Below the pieces are notes generated by a model. The model was not told the DNA's origin, searched no databases, and was given only the letters and a program-made list of their open reading frames with translations. Below, piece by piece: positions 10,069 to 19,926 of a stretch of DNA of 48,967 bases. Positions within the stretch are counted from its first letter, which is position 1; each line of letters begins with the position of its first letter. The translations under genes were made by a program, and so were the position numbers. Source of the stretch: Thermodesulfobacteriota bacterium (GTDB taxonomy: Bacteria; Desulfobacterota_D; UBA1144; Nemesobacterales; N074bin48); contig JBFFSH010000010.1 in assembly GCA_041572575.1 (NCBI GenBank), positions 1 through 48,967 of the forward strand. Reading direction: 5' to 3'.

Positions 10069-11154
10069 ATGGCAGTATATAAAAAGAAAAATCGTTGGTA
10101 TATAGATTATTATTTGCCTAATGGTGATAGGAAAAGGGAAGTTGTAACTATTGAAGGCGTAGACTCTGCACAGATTAATAGACAGGATGCAATCAAGGCA
10201 TTGTCCATTAGAAAGGCTGAAATGGCACAAGGGAAGTTTGATATCACTCAAACTAAAAAACCTGTTTCTATTAAACAGTTGTGTGATGAATACTTTCACC
10301 AACATTCTAAAGAAAACAAAAGGTCATGGAAAAGAGACAGAACAACAATCAAACATTTTCTTGAATACTTCGGTGATAAAAATATAGGGCAGTTAAACTC
10401 ATTTGTAATTACAGGCTGGAGAAATGAGCGCTCTAAGCAGGTTAAGAAAGCTACGGTGAACAGAGAGCTTGATACCATCCGCAACATGTTCAATAAAGCT
10501 GTTGAATGGGGTTATATTGATAGAAGCCCATATACGGGTGTTGAGAAATACAAAGTCAATAACACAAACTTAAGGATATTAAGCAAACAGGAATTTGCCC
10601 TACTTGTGGATGCCGCCACAAAACAATTTAAACCATTGTTATTATTAGCTGTAAATACAGGTATGAGACCAAATGAGATGCTATCATTAAAGTGGGAAGA
10701 TGTTAATTTGGATGATGGCTATCTTCTTGTTAGAGATAGTAAAAATTATGAAAGTCGTTATATTCCTATTCATAAAGATTTAGTAAGAGTGTTAAATGAA
10801 TTAAAAAGTACATGCACAAATGAGTATGTGTTCAATGGTAGAAAATCTTACAGAAAACAATGGGATAAAGCTTTCAAATTATCAGGAATAAAGCCTTGCA
10901 GGTTCTATGATCTCAGGCACACTTTCGCAAGTAATTTAGTAATGTCTGGCGTAGATATAGCAACAGTTAAAGAACTCATGGGGCATAAAGATATCAGTAT
11001 GACAATGAGATATTCACATCCATCACCTGAACATAAAAAACAGGCTATAAATGGCCTAAATTTCACTTCTATGGACACCTATTTGGACACTAATGAGAAT
11101 ATCAGCACTAATAACAGCAAGGGAATTATTGACTTAACCGCCATTAATCATTAA
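10069..11154 (+). CDS. int: Tyrosine recombinase / phage integrase
   Basis: N-terminal arm-binding-like WYIDYY, SAM-like core, TGMRPNE (R), SKN (K), YDLRHTFAS, LMGHKD, TMRYSH (Y). Confidence 0.95.
   Translation: MAVYKKKNRWYIDYYLPNGDRKREVVTIEGVDSAQINRQDAIKALSIRKAEMAQGKFDITQTKKPVSIKQLCDEYFHQHSKENKRSWKRDRTTIKHFLEYFGDKNIGQLNSFVITGWRNERSKQVKKATVNRELDTIRNMFNKAVEWGYIDRSPYTGVEKYKVNNTNLRILSKQEFALLVDAATKQFKPLLLLAVNTGMRPNEMLSLKWEDVNLDDGYLLVRDSKNYESRYIPIHKDLVRVLNELKSTCTNEYVFNGRKSYRKQWDKAFKLSGIKPCRFYDLRHTFASNLVMSGVDIATVKELMGHKDISMTMRYSHPSPEHKKQAINGLNFTSMDTYLDTNENISTNNSKGIIDLTAINH
11070..11090 (+). repeat. Putative arm-type sites, right end, inside the integrase 3' coding region
   Basis: Identical 21-mer to 167-187. 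Confidence 0.75.
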
Positions 11155-11157
11155 ATT
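11129..11157 (+). promoter_or_regulatory. Sigma70-type promoter for tRNA-Pro, embedded in the integrase 3' end
   Basis: TTGACT-17 bp-TAAATT; the -10 box overlaps the int stop codon and lies 12 bp before the tRNA. Confidence 0.7.
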
Positions 11158-11169
11158 AATTGCCATTTT

Positions 11170-11243
11170 CGGGGTGTAGCTCAGTTTGGTAGAGCGTTGC
11201 GTTCGGGACGCAGAGGCCGCTGGTTCGAGCCCAGTCACCTCGA
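11170..11243 (+). tRNA. tRNA-Pro (anticodon CGG), CCA not encoded
   Basis: Acceptor CGGGGTG/CACCTCG, D-arm GCTCAGTTTGGTAGAGC, anticodon arm TTGCG-TTCGGGA-CGCAG, T-loop GGTTCGAGCCC. Confidence 0.97.
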
Positions 11244-11370
11244 AATATCCTCAGTCACAGATGATTAATATTTTGTTAAGCTACTTGATTTTTATCTAAC
11301 ACTTATCATAATTGCGTTCCATTAATAAAAATTTCACATATCTTTTTGTTCGAATGGGGGTTAGTTAGAG

Positions 11371-11676
11371 ATGGGTCTTCAGAAAAAATATATTAAATCA
11401 GGCACAGTATGTAAAGTTACTTTTTCATTGTCAAAAGAGGCTGCAGGAGACGCAAAGTCAGTATATTTGGTAGGTGATTTTAACAATTGGGATACAGATG
11501 CAAGCCCAATGAAGGCACTCAAGAGCGGGATACATAAAGTAGCTATAAACCTTGAATCCGGAAATGAGTATAAATTCAAATATGTAATAGACGGCGACAA
11601 ATGGGAAAACGACTGGGATGCGGACAATTACGTGCCCAACGAATATGGTTCTGAAGACTCTGTAGTTATCGTCTAA
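11371..11676 (+). CDS. Stand-alone CBM48 / isoamylase early-set domain protein
   Basis: CKVTFSL, VYLVGDFNNWD, YKFKYVIDGDKWENDWDAD. Confidence 0.85.
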   Translation: MGLQKKYIKSGTVCKVTFSLSKEAAGDAKSVYLVGDFNNWDTDASPMKALKSGIHKVAINLESGNEYKFKYVIDGDKWENDWDADNYVPNEYGSEDSVVIV

Positions 11677-14129
11677 TTTTCATATTCCGACAGACTTTTA
11701 ATTTTCCATATATCATCAGCATATTCTCTAATTGTTCTATCGCTGGAAAATTTTCCAGATCGGCTTGTATTGAGTATAGACCTCTTAAGCCACTGTGATT
11801 TATTGCCGAAATCAGAATCTATTAGCTTATGTGCTGATATATACGAATCAAAATCAGTCAACAGGAAATACCTGTCTCCATGATGTATTAAAGTATCAAA
11901 AAGTGGTTTAAACAGTCTTGGATCACCCGGGCTAAACAGATCAGTAATGAGCGTATTGAGCACTCTTTTTATGTTTGTGTTTTTTTCATAATACTCCCTG
12001 GATTTATAGCTCTTCTCTTGTTTGTATTTATTAATCTCCTCAGCTGTTTTACCAAAGATATATATATTATCCTGCCCGACTTCATCTTTGATTTCTATGT
12101 TTGCACCGTCAAGGGTGCCGATAATTATTGCCCCGTTTAACGCAAACTTCATATTTCCCGTGCCGGATGCCTCCATGCCTGCTGTGGATATCTGTTCACT
12201 TACATCCGCTGCGGGAATGATAAGTTCAGCAAGTGAAACATTATAGTTAGGAATAAAAATCACTTTTAATAAATCCTTTGTCTTCGGGTCGTTGTTTATT
12301 GTTTTGGCAACACTGTTTATAAGCTTTACAATAAGCTTAGCTGTATAGTATGATGGCGCGCTTTTACCAGCAAATATAAAAGTGTGCGGATTTTGCGGCT
12401 CAAGCCCATCTTCTGTTATGCATAAGTACATATGGATAATATTCAAAACATTTAGAAGCTGCCTTTTGTACTCATGTATCCTCTTGATTTGTGCATCAAA
12501 TATTGATTCCTTCATAACTACTATGCCTAACTGCCTTTGTATGTGTTCAACAAGCCTGGATTTATTTTTATTTCTGATTTCCAAAACCCGGTTTTGAAAT
12601 TCCTCATCAGTAGAGTACTGTTCTAGCTCGCTCAGTCTTGATAGATCAGTTATCCACTTGTCACCAATTTTCGATGTTATAAGCTCGGCAAGAAGCGGAT
12701 TTGAATGAAGAAGCCATCTGCGCTGTGTGATACCGTTTGTCTTATTATTGAATTTTTGAGGCCATAATTGATAAAAATCTGGAACAAGCGTTGTTTTTAC
12801 AAGCTCGGAATGAATCTGCGAGACACCGTTTACCGAGTGGCTACCTATTATGGAAAGATTGGCCATTCTCACATACTTTGTCTCACTCTCTTCAAATATC
12901 GACATTGATCTCAGCTTATCTAAATTACCCTTCCATATATGCTCGACCTTACTAAGGAAATGCTTGTTGATCTTATAGATGATATCCAGATGCCTGGGAA
13001 GCATTCTTTCCATAAGATACACGGGCCACCTTTCCAGTGCCTCGGGTAGAAGAGTATGGTTAGTGTAAGATATGGTTTTTGTAGTGATTTCCCATGCTTT
13101 ATCCCATTCTATGTACTTTTCGTCCAGCAACAGCCTCATGAGTTCTGGAATTGCAAGTGAAGGATGAGTATCATTGATTTGAATAGCAATTATTTCAGGC
13201 AGATTCTCATAAGTTTCCCCTCTCTTTTCAAACTTTCTTAAAATATCTTGTATGGAACAAGAAACCAGAAAATACTCCTGAAGAAGTCTTAACTCTTTGC
13301 CTTTTTCATTTGAATCCGAGGGATAAAGGATTTTGCTTATGTTTTGGGCATAAATATTCCTCACTGCTGCTGTCTTAAAATCTCCGAAATAGAATTTTTC
13401 GAAATCAAGTTTTACAGGAGACTGGGCTTTAAAAAGCCTCAGGCTGTTAACTGTTTTCCCTCCATAACCCACTATAGGCAGGTCTGAGGGGATACCATTT
13501 ATGTATATATAATTCTTCCATACTCCCCTGTTGCATCCGTCCTGATCCTTGGTTTTTTCGAGATGCCCAAATACAGGAACCTTTATAGTTTCCGCCAATT
13601 TGTCAATCAAGATGGGAGATTTATCCCTGCACCAATCATCCGGCATTTCAACCTGATAGCCGTCCTTTACGATCTGTTTGAGTGAACCAAACTCATAGTT
13701 AATACCGTAACCAAATCCGGGCATGTTCATCGATGCCAGAGAATCCAAGAAACATGCAGCCAGCCTTCCCAGCCCCCCGGTGCCAAGTGCCGGCTCGTTG
13801 TCCTGTTCCAATATTTCATCAAGACTGTAACCAAGCCATGAGACTAAACTTTCGCATACATCATCAAGGTTTAAGTTTGAAATATTGTTTTTGAGCAAGC
13901 TTCCGATCATATACTCTATTGAGATATAATAGAGGCGTTTTACTTTGTTATCCTTATAACGCTGCAGAGTATTTAAATAGTTGTCTATTATTAGTTCTTT
14001 TAGTGTGAGTGTTAAGGCATGACAGATGTCTTCTTTGTTAATATCTTTTATGTCTTTTCCACGTGAGATCTTTAAATATTTCATAAAGCTGCAACGAAAT
14101 TCATCGTAATCAGTATTGTTCAAATGCAT
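11673..14129 (-). CDS. glgP: Glycogen/alpha-glucan phosphorylase
   Basis: LGTGGLGRLAACFLDS, QINDTHP, YTNHTLLPEALE, KRIHEYKRQ, EASGTGNMKF (PLP Lys). Confidence 0.97.
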   Translation of the reverse strand: MHLNNTDYDEFRCSFMKYLKISRGKDIKDINKEDICHALTLTLKELIIDNYLNTLQRYKDNKVKRLYYISIEYMIGSLLKNNISNLNLDDVCESLVSWLGYSLDEILEQDNEPALGTGGLGRLAACFLDSLASMNMPGFGYGINYEFGSLKQIVKDGYQVEMPDDWCRDKSPILIDKLAETIKVPVFGHLEKTKDQDGCNRGVWKNYIYINGIPSDLPIVGYGGKTVNSLRLFKAQSPVKLDFEKFYFGDFKTAAVRNIYAQNISKILYPSDSNEKGKELRLLQEYFLVSCSIQDILRKFEKRGETYENLPEIIAIQINDTHPSLAIPELMRLLLDEKYIEWDKAWEITTKTISYTNHTLLPEALERWPVYLMERMLPRHLDIIYKINKHFLSKVEHIWKGNLDKLRSMSIFEESETKYVRMANLSIIGSHSVNGVSQIHSELVKTTLVPDFYQLWPQKFNNKTNGITQRRWLLHSNPLLAELITSKIGDKWITDLSRLSELEQYSTDEEFQNRVLEIRNKNKSRLVEHIQRQLGIVVMKESIFDAQIKRIHEYKRQLLNVLNIIHMYLCITEDGLEPQNPHTFIFAGKSAPSYYTAKLIVKLINSVAKTINNDPKTKDLLKVIFIPNYNVSLAELIIPAADVSEQISTAGMEASGTGNMKFALNGAIIIGTLDGANIEIKDEVGQDNIYIFGKTAEEINKYKQEKSYKSREYYEKNTNIKRVLNTLITDLFSPGDPRLFKPLFDTLIHHGDRYFLLTDFDSYISAHKLIDSDFGNKSQWLKRSILNTSRSGKFSSDRTIREYADDIWKIKSLSEYEN

Positions 14130-14295
14130 CTCCTTTTCTCAACCTAGCTATGTTGATTATATGAAACAGATAATTTTAATGTTATTAAAGAATTTGATTG
14201 ATATTAAATATCATTAATATAAATTTCAAATCTTAATTAATTGTATTTATATAAAATATTTATATAAATTTAATTAAGTAGTATTACAAATACAT

Positions 14296-16215
14296 ATGAC
14301 AACCTATGAAATGATTCATGGCGTAAGCCTGTTTTCCGATTTTGATATAGACTTATTTAAGTCCGGCCATCACTTTAAGCTTTATGAAAAACTTGGCTCA
14401 CACCCCATGGAAGTTCAGAGCACTCAAGGTGTGTATTTCTCAGTTTGGGCTCCCAATGCAAAAAAAGTATCAGTTATAGGAGATTTCAACTGGTGGAATT
14501 CTGAAAGTCATCCACTTGCCAACAGATGGGATGGTTCGGGTATATGGGAGGGTTTTATAACAGGAATTGAAAAAGGATGCTTATATAAATATAAAGTTGT
14601 ATCAAATTACTATAATTACTCTGCAGAAAAAAGCGATCCATTCGCTTTATTATCCGAGACTCCCCCTAAAACCGCATCTGTAGTATGGGATTTGGACTAC
14701 AAATGGAAAGAAAAAAAATGGGAAAAATCCAGGCATGATAGAAATAGTTTAAACAGCCCTATTAGTATTTATGAAATGCATATAGGGTCATGGAAAAAAG
14801 TAACAGAACACGGAGATAGGTCACTTGGTTACAGAGAACTGTCAGAACAGATATGCGAATATGTAAAAAAACTAGGATTTACGCATGTTGAATTTATGCC
14901 AGTTATGGAACACCCGTTTTACGGCTCATGGGGATATCAGACCACCGGCTACTTTTCGGCTACTAGCAGATACGGAGTCCCTCAGGATTTAATGTTTTTA
15001 ATAGACTCTCTTCATGATGAAGGTATTAGTGTAATATTAGACTGGGTACCATCTCATTTTCCTACTGATGAGCATGGTTTGGGTTTTTTCGACGGTACAC
15101 ACCTATATGAACATTCGGATCCAATGAAGGGGTTTCATCCTGACTGGAAAAGCTACATATTTAACTATGATAGAAACGAGGTGAGGTCATTTCTTATAAG
15201 TAGCGCACATTTCTGGTTTGATAGATATCATATAGACGGTCTGCGTGTTGATGGAGTGGCATCGATGCTTTATTTAGATTACAGTAGGGAACAAGGAAAG
15301 TGGATCGCCAACGAGTACGGAGGAAGGGAAAACCTGGGTGCGATAAGCCTGCTTAAAGAACTGAATGAATCGATTTACAATGATTTTCCTCATGCGCAGG
15401 TCTATGCAGAGGAATCCACCGCATGGCCAGGCGTTTCGAGACCCACATATTCCGGAGGACTTGGATTTGGTTTTAAATGGAACATGGGATGGATGCATGA
15501 TACACTTAAATACTTTGAAAAAGATCCGATTTACAGAAAATACCATCAGAATGATATCACATTCAGTATATTATACGCCTTTACAGAGAACTTTGTTCTG
15601 CCCCTTTCTCATGATGAGGTTGTTCACGGCAAAGGATCATTGCTGAGTAAAATGCCGGGAGACGACTGGCAGAAATTTGCTAACTTAAGAGCACTCTATG
15701 CTTATATGTGGGCCCATCCCGGCAAAAAACTTCTATTTATGGGAGGGGAATTCGGGCAGTGGGAGGAGTGGAACCACAACACAAGCCTCGACTGGCATCT
15801 CATGGAATTTGAGCCTCACAATGGAATAACTAATTTAATAAGCGACCTAAACAGATTCTATAAAAACGAATCTGCGCTGTATGAGTACGATCTTTCACAC
15901 GAAGGTTTTGAGTGGGTAGACAACTCTGATCATAACAGTAGCGTTTTGTGTTTTTTAAGAAGAAATTCTAAAAATAAAATAATACTTGTAGTATGTAATT
16001 TTACTCCCACTCCAAGACATCAGTACAGAATAGGCGTACCGTATGCAGGGGACTGGAAAGAATCACTCAATACTGATTCCACAATTTATGGAGGAAGCGG
16101 AATTGGAAATGCAGGATTGGCAGTTGCAACTGAAATGCCCTGGCATTTCAGGCCATATTCTATATGTATCACCTTACCCCCTCTTAGCGTTCTATACCTT
16201 TTGCATGATGATTAG
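14296..16215 (+). CDS. glgB: 1,4-alpha-glucan branching enzyme (short N-terminus form)
   Basis: FSVWAPNA, YEMHIGSW, SWGYQ, DWVPSHF, DGLRVDGVASMLY, AEEST, LSHDEVVHGK. Confidence 0.97.
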   Translation: MTTYEMIHGVSLFSDFDIDLFKSGHHFKLYEKLGSHPMEVQSTQGVYFSVWAPNAKKVSVIGDFNWWNSESHPLANRWDGSGIWEGFITGIEKGCLYKYKVVSNYYNYSAEKSDPFALLSETPPKTASVVWDLDYKWKEKKWEKSRHDRNSLNSPISIYEMHIGSWKKVTEHGDRSLGYRELSEQICEYVKKLGFTHVEFMPVMEHPFYGSWGYQTTGYFSATSRYGVPQDLMFLIDSLHDEGISVILDWVPSHFPTDEHGLGFFDGTHLYEHSDPMKGFHPDWKSYIFNYDRNEVRSFLISSAHFWFDRYHIDGLRVDGVASMLYLDYSREQGKWIANEYGGRENLGAISLLKELNESIYNDFPHAQVYAEESTAWPGVSRPTYSGGLGFGFKWNMGWMHDTLKYFEKDPIYRKYHQNDITFSILYAFTENFVLPLSHDEVVHGKGSLLSKMPGDDWQKFANLRALYAYMWAHPGKKLLFMGGEFGQWEEWNHNTSLDWHLMEFEPHNGITNLISDLNRFYKNESALYEYDLSHEGFEWVDNSDHNSSVLCFLRRNSKNKIILVVCNFTPTPRHQYRIGVPYAGDWKESLNTDSTIYGGSGIGNAGLAVATEMPWHFRPYSICITLPPLSVLYLLHDD

Positions 16216-16217
16216 CA

Positions 16218-18374
16218 ATGCCCAGAATAATTGATAATAACGGAAAAAACATAGAAATATGGCCAGGCAAGCCATACCCGCTCGGAGCCATATGGGATGG
16301 GTCGGGAGTGAACTTTGCGCTTTTCTCAGAAAATGCGGATAAAGTGGAGCTTTGTCTTTTTGATAACTCAGAAACAGAAACGGCAAGAATTCCCATAATA
16401 GAGCACACCGATCAGGTATGGCATATATACCTTCCTCAGGCAAGGCCGGCACAATTGTATGGATACAGGGTTTATGGCCCATATGATACCGAAAACGGTC
16501 TGAGGTTTAACCCATCCAAGCTGCTTTTAGATCCGTATGCAAAGTCTATTTCAGGTACCATCAACTGGGACGACAGCCTGTTCGGATATAAGATTAATGG
16601 CACAGAAAATGACTGTGTTGTTGATAATACGGATAGTGCTAAATTTATTCCCAAATGCAGTGTTATAGATACGTCTTTTACATGGGGCAACGACTCTAGT
16701 CCTCAAATCCCATGGCATAAAACCATAATCTATGAAATCCATGTAAAAGGTTTAACTGCCGAGCACCCTGATGTTCCGGAACAGCTTCGAGGTACATATT
16801 CAGCACTTACTTATGAACCTCTAATAGAATATTTTCATTCTCTGGGCATTACTGCACTCGAGCTTATGCCAATTCATCACTTTGTTTCCGACAGACATCT
16901 GGTAAAAGCAGGACTTTCAAATTACTGGGGATATAACACAATTGGATATTTTTCTCCCGACCCGCGTTATTGCACCCGGGGTATATTCCGAAGCCAGGTA
17001 GAAGAATTTAAAACAATGGTAAAGACTCTGCACCGCGAAGGTATAGAAATAATTCTGGATGTTGTATATAACCATACCGGAGAAGGAAGCCACCTTGGGC
17101 CTACACTGTGCTTCAGAGGCATAGATAATAAATGTTATTACAGACTTAACCCCGATGACCCGAGATATTATCTGGACTATACGGGATGCGGAAACACACT
17201 CAATACAAATCACCCCCGGGTACTGCAGCTTATAATGGATAGCCTCAGATACTGGGTTTTGGAGATGCATGTAGATGGTTTTCGGTTTGATCTGGCAGCA
17301 ACACTTTCAAGAGGAAAGAACGGGCGTGACAGACTAGCATCATTTTTTGACATAATTCATCAAGACCCTGTTCTGTCTCAGGTTAAATTAATTGCCGAAC
17401 CATGGGACCTCGGACACGACGGTTATCAGATAGGAAACTTTCCTGTACTGTGGGCAGAATGGAACGGAAAGTACAGGGACACAGTGAGAAAATATTGGAA
17501 AGGAACGGATAACACGATATCTGATCTTGCATACAGGCTTACGGGGTCAAGCGATTTATATGAGCAGACAGGAAGAAGACCATATGCAAGCATAAACTTT
17601 GTAACATGCCATGATGGCTTTACCCTAAACGATTTAGTAAGCTATAATGAAAAACACAATGAGTCCAATTTAGAAGATAACCGTGACGGCACGAACAATA
17701 ACGACAGCAATAATTACGGAGCGGAGGGCCCGGTAAAAAACGAAGATATTATTGAAACCAGGGAAAGACAGAAGAGAAACTTTCTAGCTACTATTTTCCT
17801 CTCACAGGGTGTACCAATGCTTCTTGCGGGAGATGAAATCGGAAGGACCCAGCTTGGCAATAACAATGCCTACTGCCAGGACAATCAAATATCCTGGGTA
17901 AACTGGAGCCTGGACAAAAAGAAAAGTGATTTGCTGAATTTCGTAAAATATATGATTGAAATCAGAAAAAGCAACCCCGTGCTTACAAGAAAAAAATTTG
18001 TTAGAGGGCAAATAACAAATGGTAGTCACTACAAAGACATAACATGGTACAGAACAGATGGTACGGAGATGACACATGAGGACTGGACAAATCCGATTAC
18101 AATGTGCATGGGGCTCAAACTCAATGGGGAGGCAATAGAAGAGTATGACGAAAAAGGGAAAATTATAACAGGCAATACGCTGCTAATATTATTAAACTCC
18201 TACTGGAGTGATCTTCAGTATGTTCTACCATCCAAAAAATCAAAAGGCGCCTGGGAACTAATTATGGACACCCGCTACCCGGACGGAAAGACTGAACAGA
18301 AGCATTTTAAATACGGACAGAAATATGAAATACTGGGCAGATCAGTAAGTTTGTTTAAACTTACAAACAAGTAA
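16218..18374 (+). CDS. glgX: Glycogen debranching enzyme / isoamylase
   Basis: PGKPYPLGA, NYWGYNT, DVVYNHT, DGFRFDLA, AEPWD, HDGFTLNDLVSY, GNNNAYCQDN. Confidence 0.97.
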   Translation: MPRIIDNNGKNIEIWPGKPYPLGAIWDGSGVNFALFSENADKVELCLFDNSETETARIPIIEHTDQVWHIYLPQARPAQLYGYRVYGPYDTENGLRFNPSKLLLDPYAKSISGTINWDDSLFGYKINGTENDCVVDNTDSAKFIPKCSVIDTSFTWGNDSSPQIPWHKTIIYEIHVKGLTAEHPDVPEQLRGTYSALTYEPLIEYFHSLGITALELMPIHHFVSDRHLVKAGLSNYWGYNTIGYFSPDPRYCTRGIFRSQVEEFKTMVKTLHREGIEIILDVVYNHTGEGSHLGPTLCFRGIDNKCYYRLNPDDPRYYLDYTGCGNTLNTNHPRVLQLIMDSLRYWVLEMHVDGFRFDLAATLSRGKNGRDRLASFFDIIHQDPVLSQVKLIAEPWDLGHDGYQIGNFPVLWAEWNGKYRDTVRKYWKGTDNTISDLAYRLTGSSDLYEQTGRRPYASINFVTCHDGFTLNDLVSYNEKHNESNLEDNRDGTNNNDSNNYGAEGPVKNEDIIETRERQKRNFLATIFLSQGVPMLLAGDEIGRTQLGNNNAYCQDNQISWVNWSLDKKKSDLLNFVKYMIEIRKSNPVLTRKKFVRGQITNGSHYKDITWYRTDGTEMTHEDWTNPITMCMGLKLNGEAIEEYDEKGKIITGNTLLILLNSYWSDLQYVLPSKKSKGAWELIMDTRYPDGKTEQKHFKYGQKYEILGRSVSLFKLTNK

Positions 18375-18385
18375 GTCAAATCTAA

Positions 18386-19891
18386 ATGAACAATAAAAAA
18401 TGCGGAATACTCCTCCATATTACATCCCTTCCATCTCAATTTGGAATAGGAGATCTAGGCAAATACGCATATGATTTTGCAGATTTTTTATTAAAAGCAA
18501 AGCAAACCTACTGGCAGGTACTGCCTTTAAATCCAACACTTGATATACATGGCAATTCTCCTTACAGCAGTTTTTCCGCATTTGCAGGAAATCCTATTCT
18601 TATAAGTCCTGAACTGCTGTATGAAGACGGGTTTGTATCAAGGTCAGATTTGATGCCCAACTATGAACAGAACGCAGAGAAGGTTAAATTTAATCATGTA
18701 TATGAATACAAAAATCAGATATTAGAAAAAGCGTATTTAAGCTTCAGTTCTCTTTCCAAAAAACCTGAAGAATACAACAAATTCATTTCAGAGAATAAAA
18801 GCTGGATTTTGGATTATGTGCTTTTCGTATCAATAAAAGATAATTCCAAGGGAGTAATCTGGAATAAATTCCCCGAGGGGCTTAAATACAGGGACAAACA
18901 AGCTCTCGATTCATTAAGTGAAAAACTAAAAGAAAAAATAGAAAAAGAAATTTTCGTGCAGTACGTATTTTTTAAACAGTGGTATAAACTAAAAGACTAT
19001 TGCAATAAAAACGGCATAAAGATTATAGGTGACCTTCCTATATATCTGAATTATGACAGCTCCGATGTGTGGAGCAATCCTAAAAACTTTAAGCTAAGGA
19101 ATGATAGAACCCCTGAATTTTTAGCAGGGGTTCCGCCTGATTATTTCAGCAAAACTGGGCAGCTCTGGGGAAATCCTGTATATGAATGGGAATATATAAA
19201 AGACTCTGGGTTTAAATATTGGGATGACCGCATATCACATAATTTAAAACTATTTGATATCTTAAGGCTTGATCACTTCAGGGGATTTGTCAATTATTGG
19301 GAAGTACCCGCTGGTGAAGAAACCGCGGTTAACGGCAATTGGGTTAATGCTCCGGCAGAGCAGTTTTTCACTCATTTACTAAGGCAGTTTGATAACAAAA
19401 GGTTTATTGCAGAAGATTTGGGATTAATCACACAGGACGTTTTGGAGATTAGAGATAAATTTGAATTTCCGGGAATGAAGGTATTGCAATTTGCGTTTGG
19501 GGATGACTACCCAAACGGAGCTTTTTTGCTTCACAACCATCCCTACAACTGTGTTGTTTATACAGGAACTCATGACAATAACACGACGCTAGGATGGTGG
19601 ACTAACGAGTGCACGGATGTTCAAAAGCAAAGAGTCAAGGAATATATGCAAAATAATAAAATTGACACCGATGTGGCTATAAACTGGAAATTTATAAAGC
19701 TGGCCTTGAGTTCAAAAGCTCATACCGTAATAATACCTATGCAGGATTATTTATCACTTGGACAGGAAGCACGAATGAATACTCCTTCAGTTTCCAATAA
19801 CAACTGGGAGTGGAAAATCTCTGATAATTATAATTACACTTGCATAGCTGAAATTATTAGAGAAAATACAGAGTTTTTTGAACGAAGTTAA
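18386..19891 (+). CDS. malQ: 4-alpha-glucanotransferase (amylomaltase, GH77)
   Basis: GILLHITSLP, GVPPDYFSKTGQLWGNP, RLDHFRG, AEDLG, TGTHDN. Confidence 0.97.
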   Translation: MNNKKCGILLHITSLPSQFGIGDLGKYAYDFADFLLKAKQTYWQVLPLNPTLDIHGNSPYSSFSAFAGNPILISPELLYEDGFVSRSDLMPNYEQNAEKVKFNHVYEYKNQILEKAYLSFSSLSKKPEEYNKFISENKSWILDYVLFVSIKDNSKGVIWNKFPEGLKYRDKQALDSLSEKLKEKIEKEIFVQYVFFKQWYKLKDYCNKNGIKIIGDLPIYLNYDSSDVWSNPKNFKLRNDRTPEFLAGVPPDYFSKTGQLWGNPVYEWEYIKDSGFKYWDDRISHNLKLFDILRLDHFRGFVNYWEVPAGEETAVNGNWVNAPAEQFFTHLLRQFDNKRFIAEDLGLITQDVLEIRDKFEFPGMKVLQFAFGDDYPNGAFLLHNHPYNCVVYTGTHDNNTTLGWWTNECTDVQKQRVKEYMQNNKIDTDVAINWKFIKLALSSKAHTVIIPMQDYLSLGQEARMNTPSVSNNNWEWKISDNYNYTCIAEIIRENTEFFERS

Positions 19892-19926
19892 ATATTAGTC
19901 GAATTTACGACCTGGGGTGAAATAAA

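Larger units (their letters stand above)
8..11211. mobile_element. Integrative element / genomic island in tRNA-Pro(CGG) with tyrosine integrase
   Basis: 43-bp direct repeats at both ends, integrase adjacent to the right att, paired 21-bp arm-type repeats, IS and pseudogene debris inside. Confidence 0.9.

Noticed and set aside
10905..10922. Integrase YxxR instead of HxxR as a sign of inactivation
   Set aside because: This substitution occurs in other tyrosine recombinases and the remaining catalytic residues are intact.
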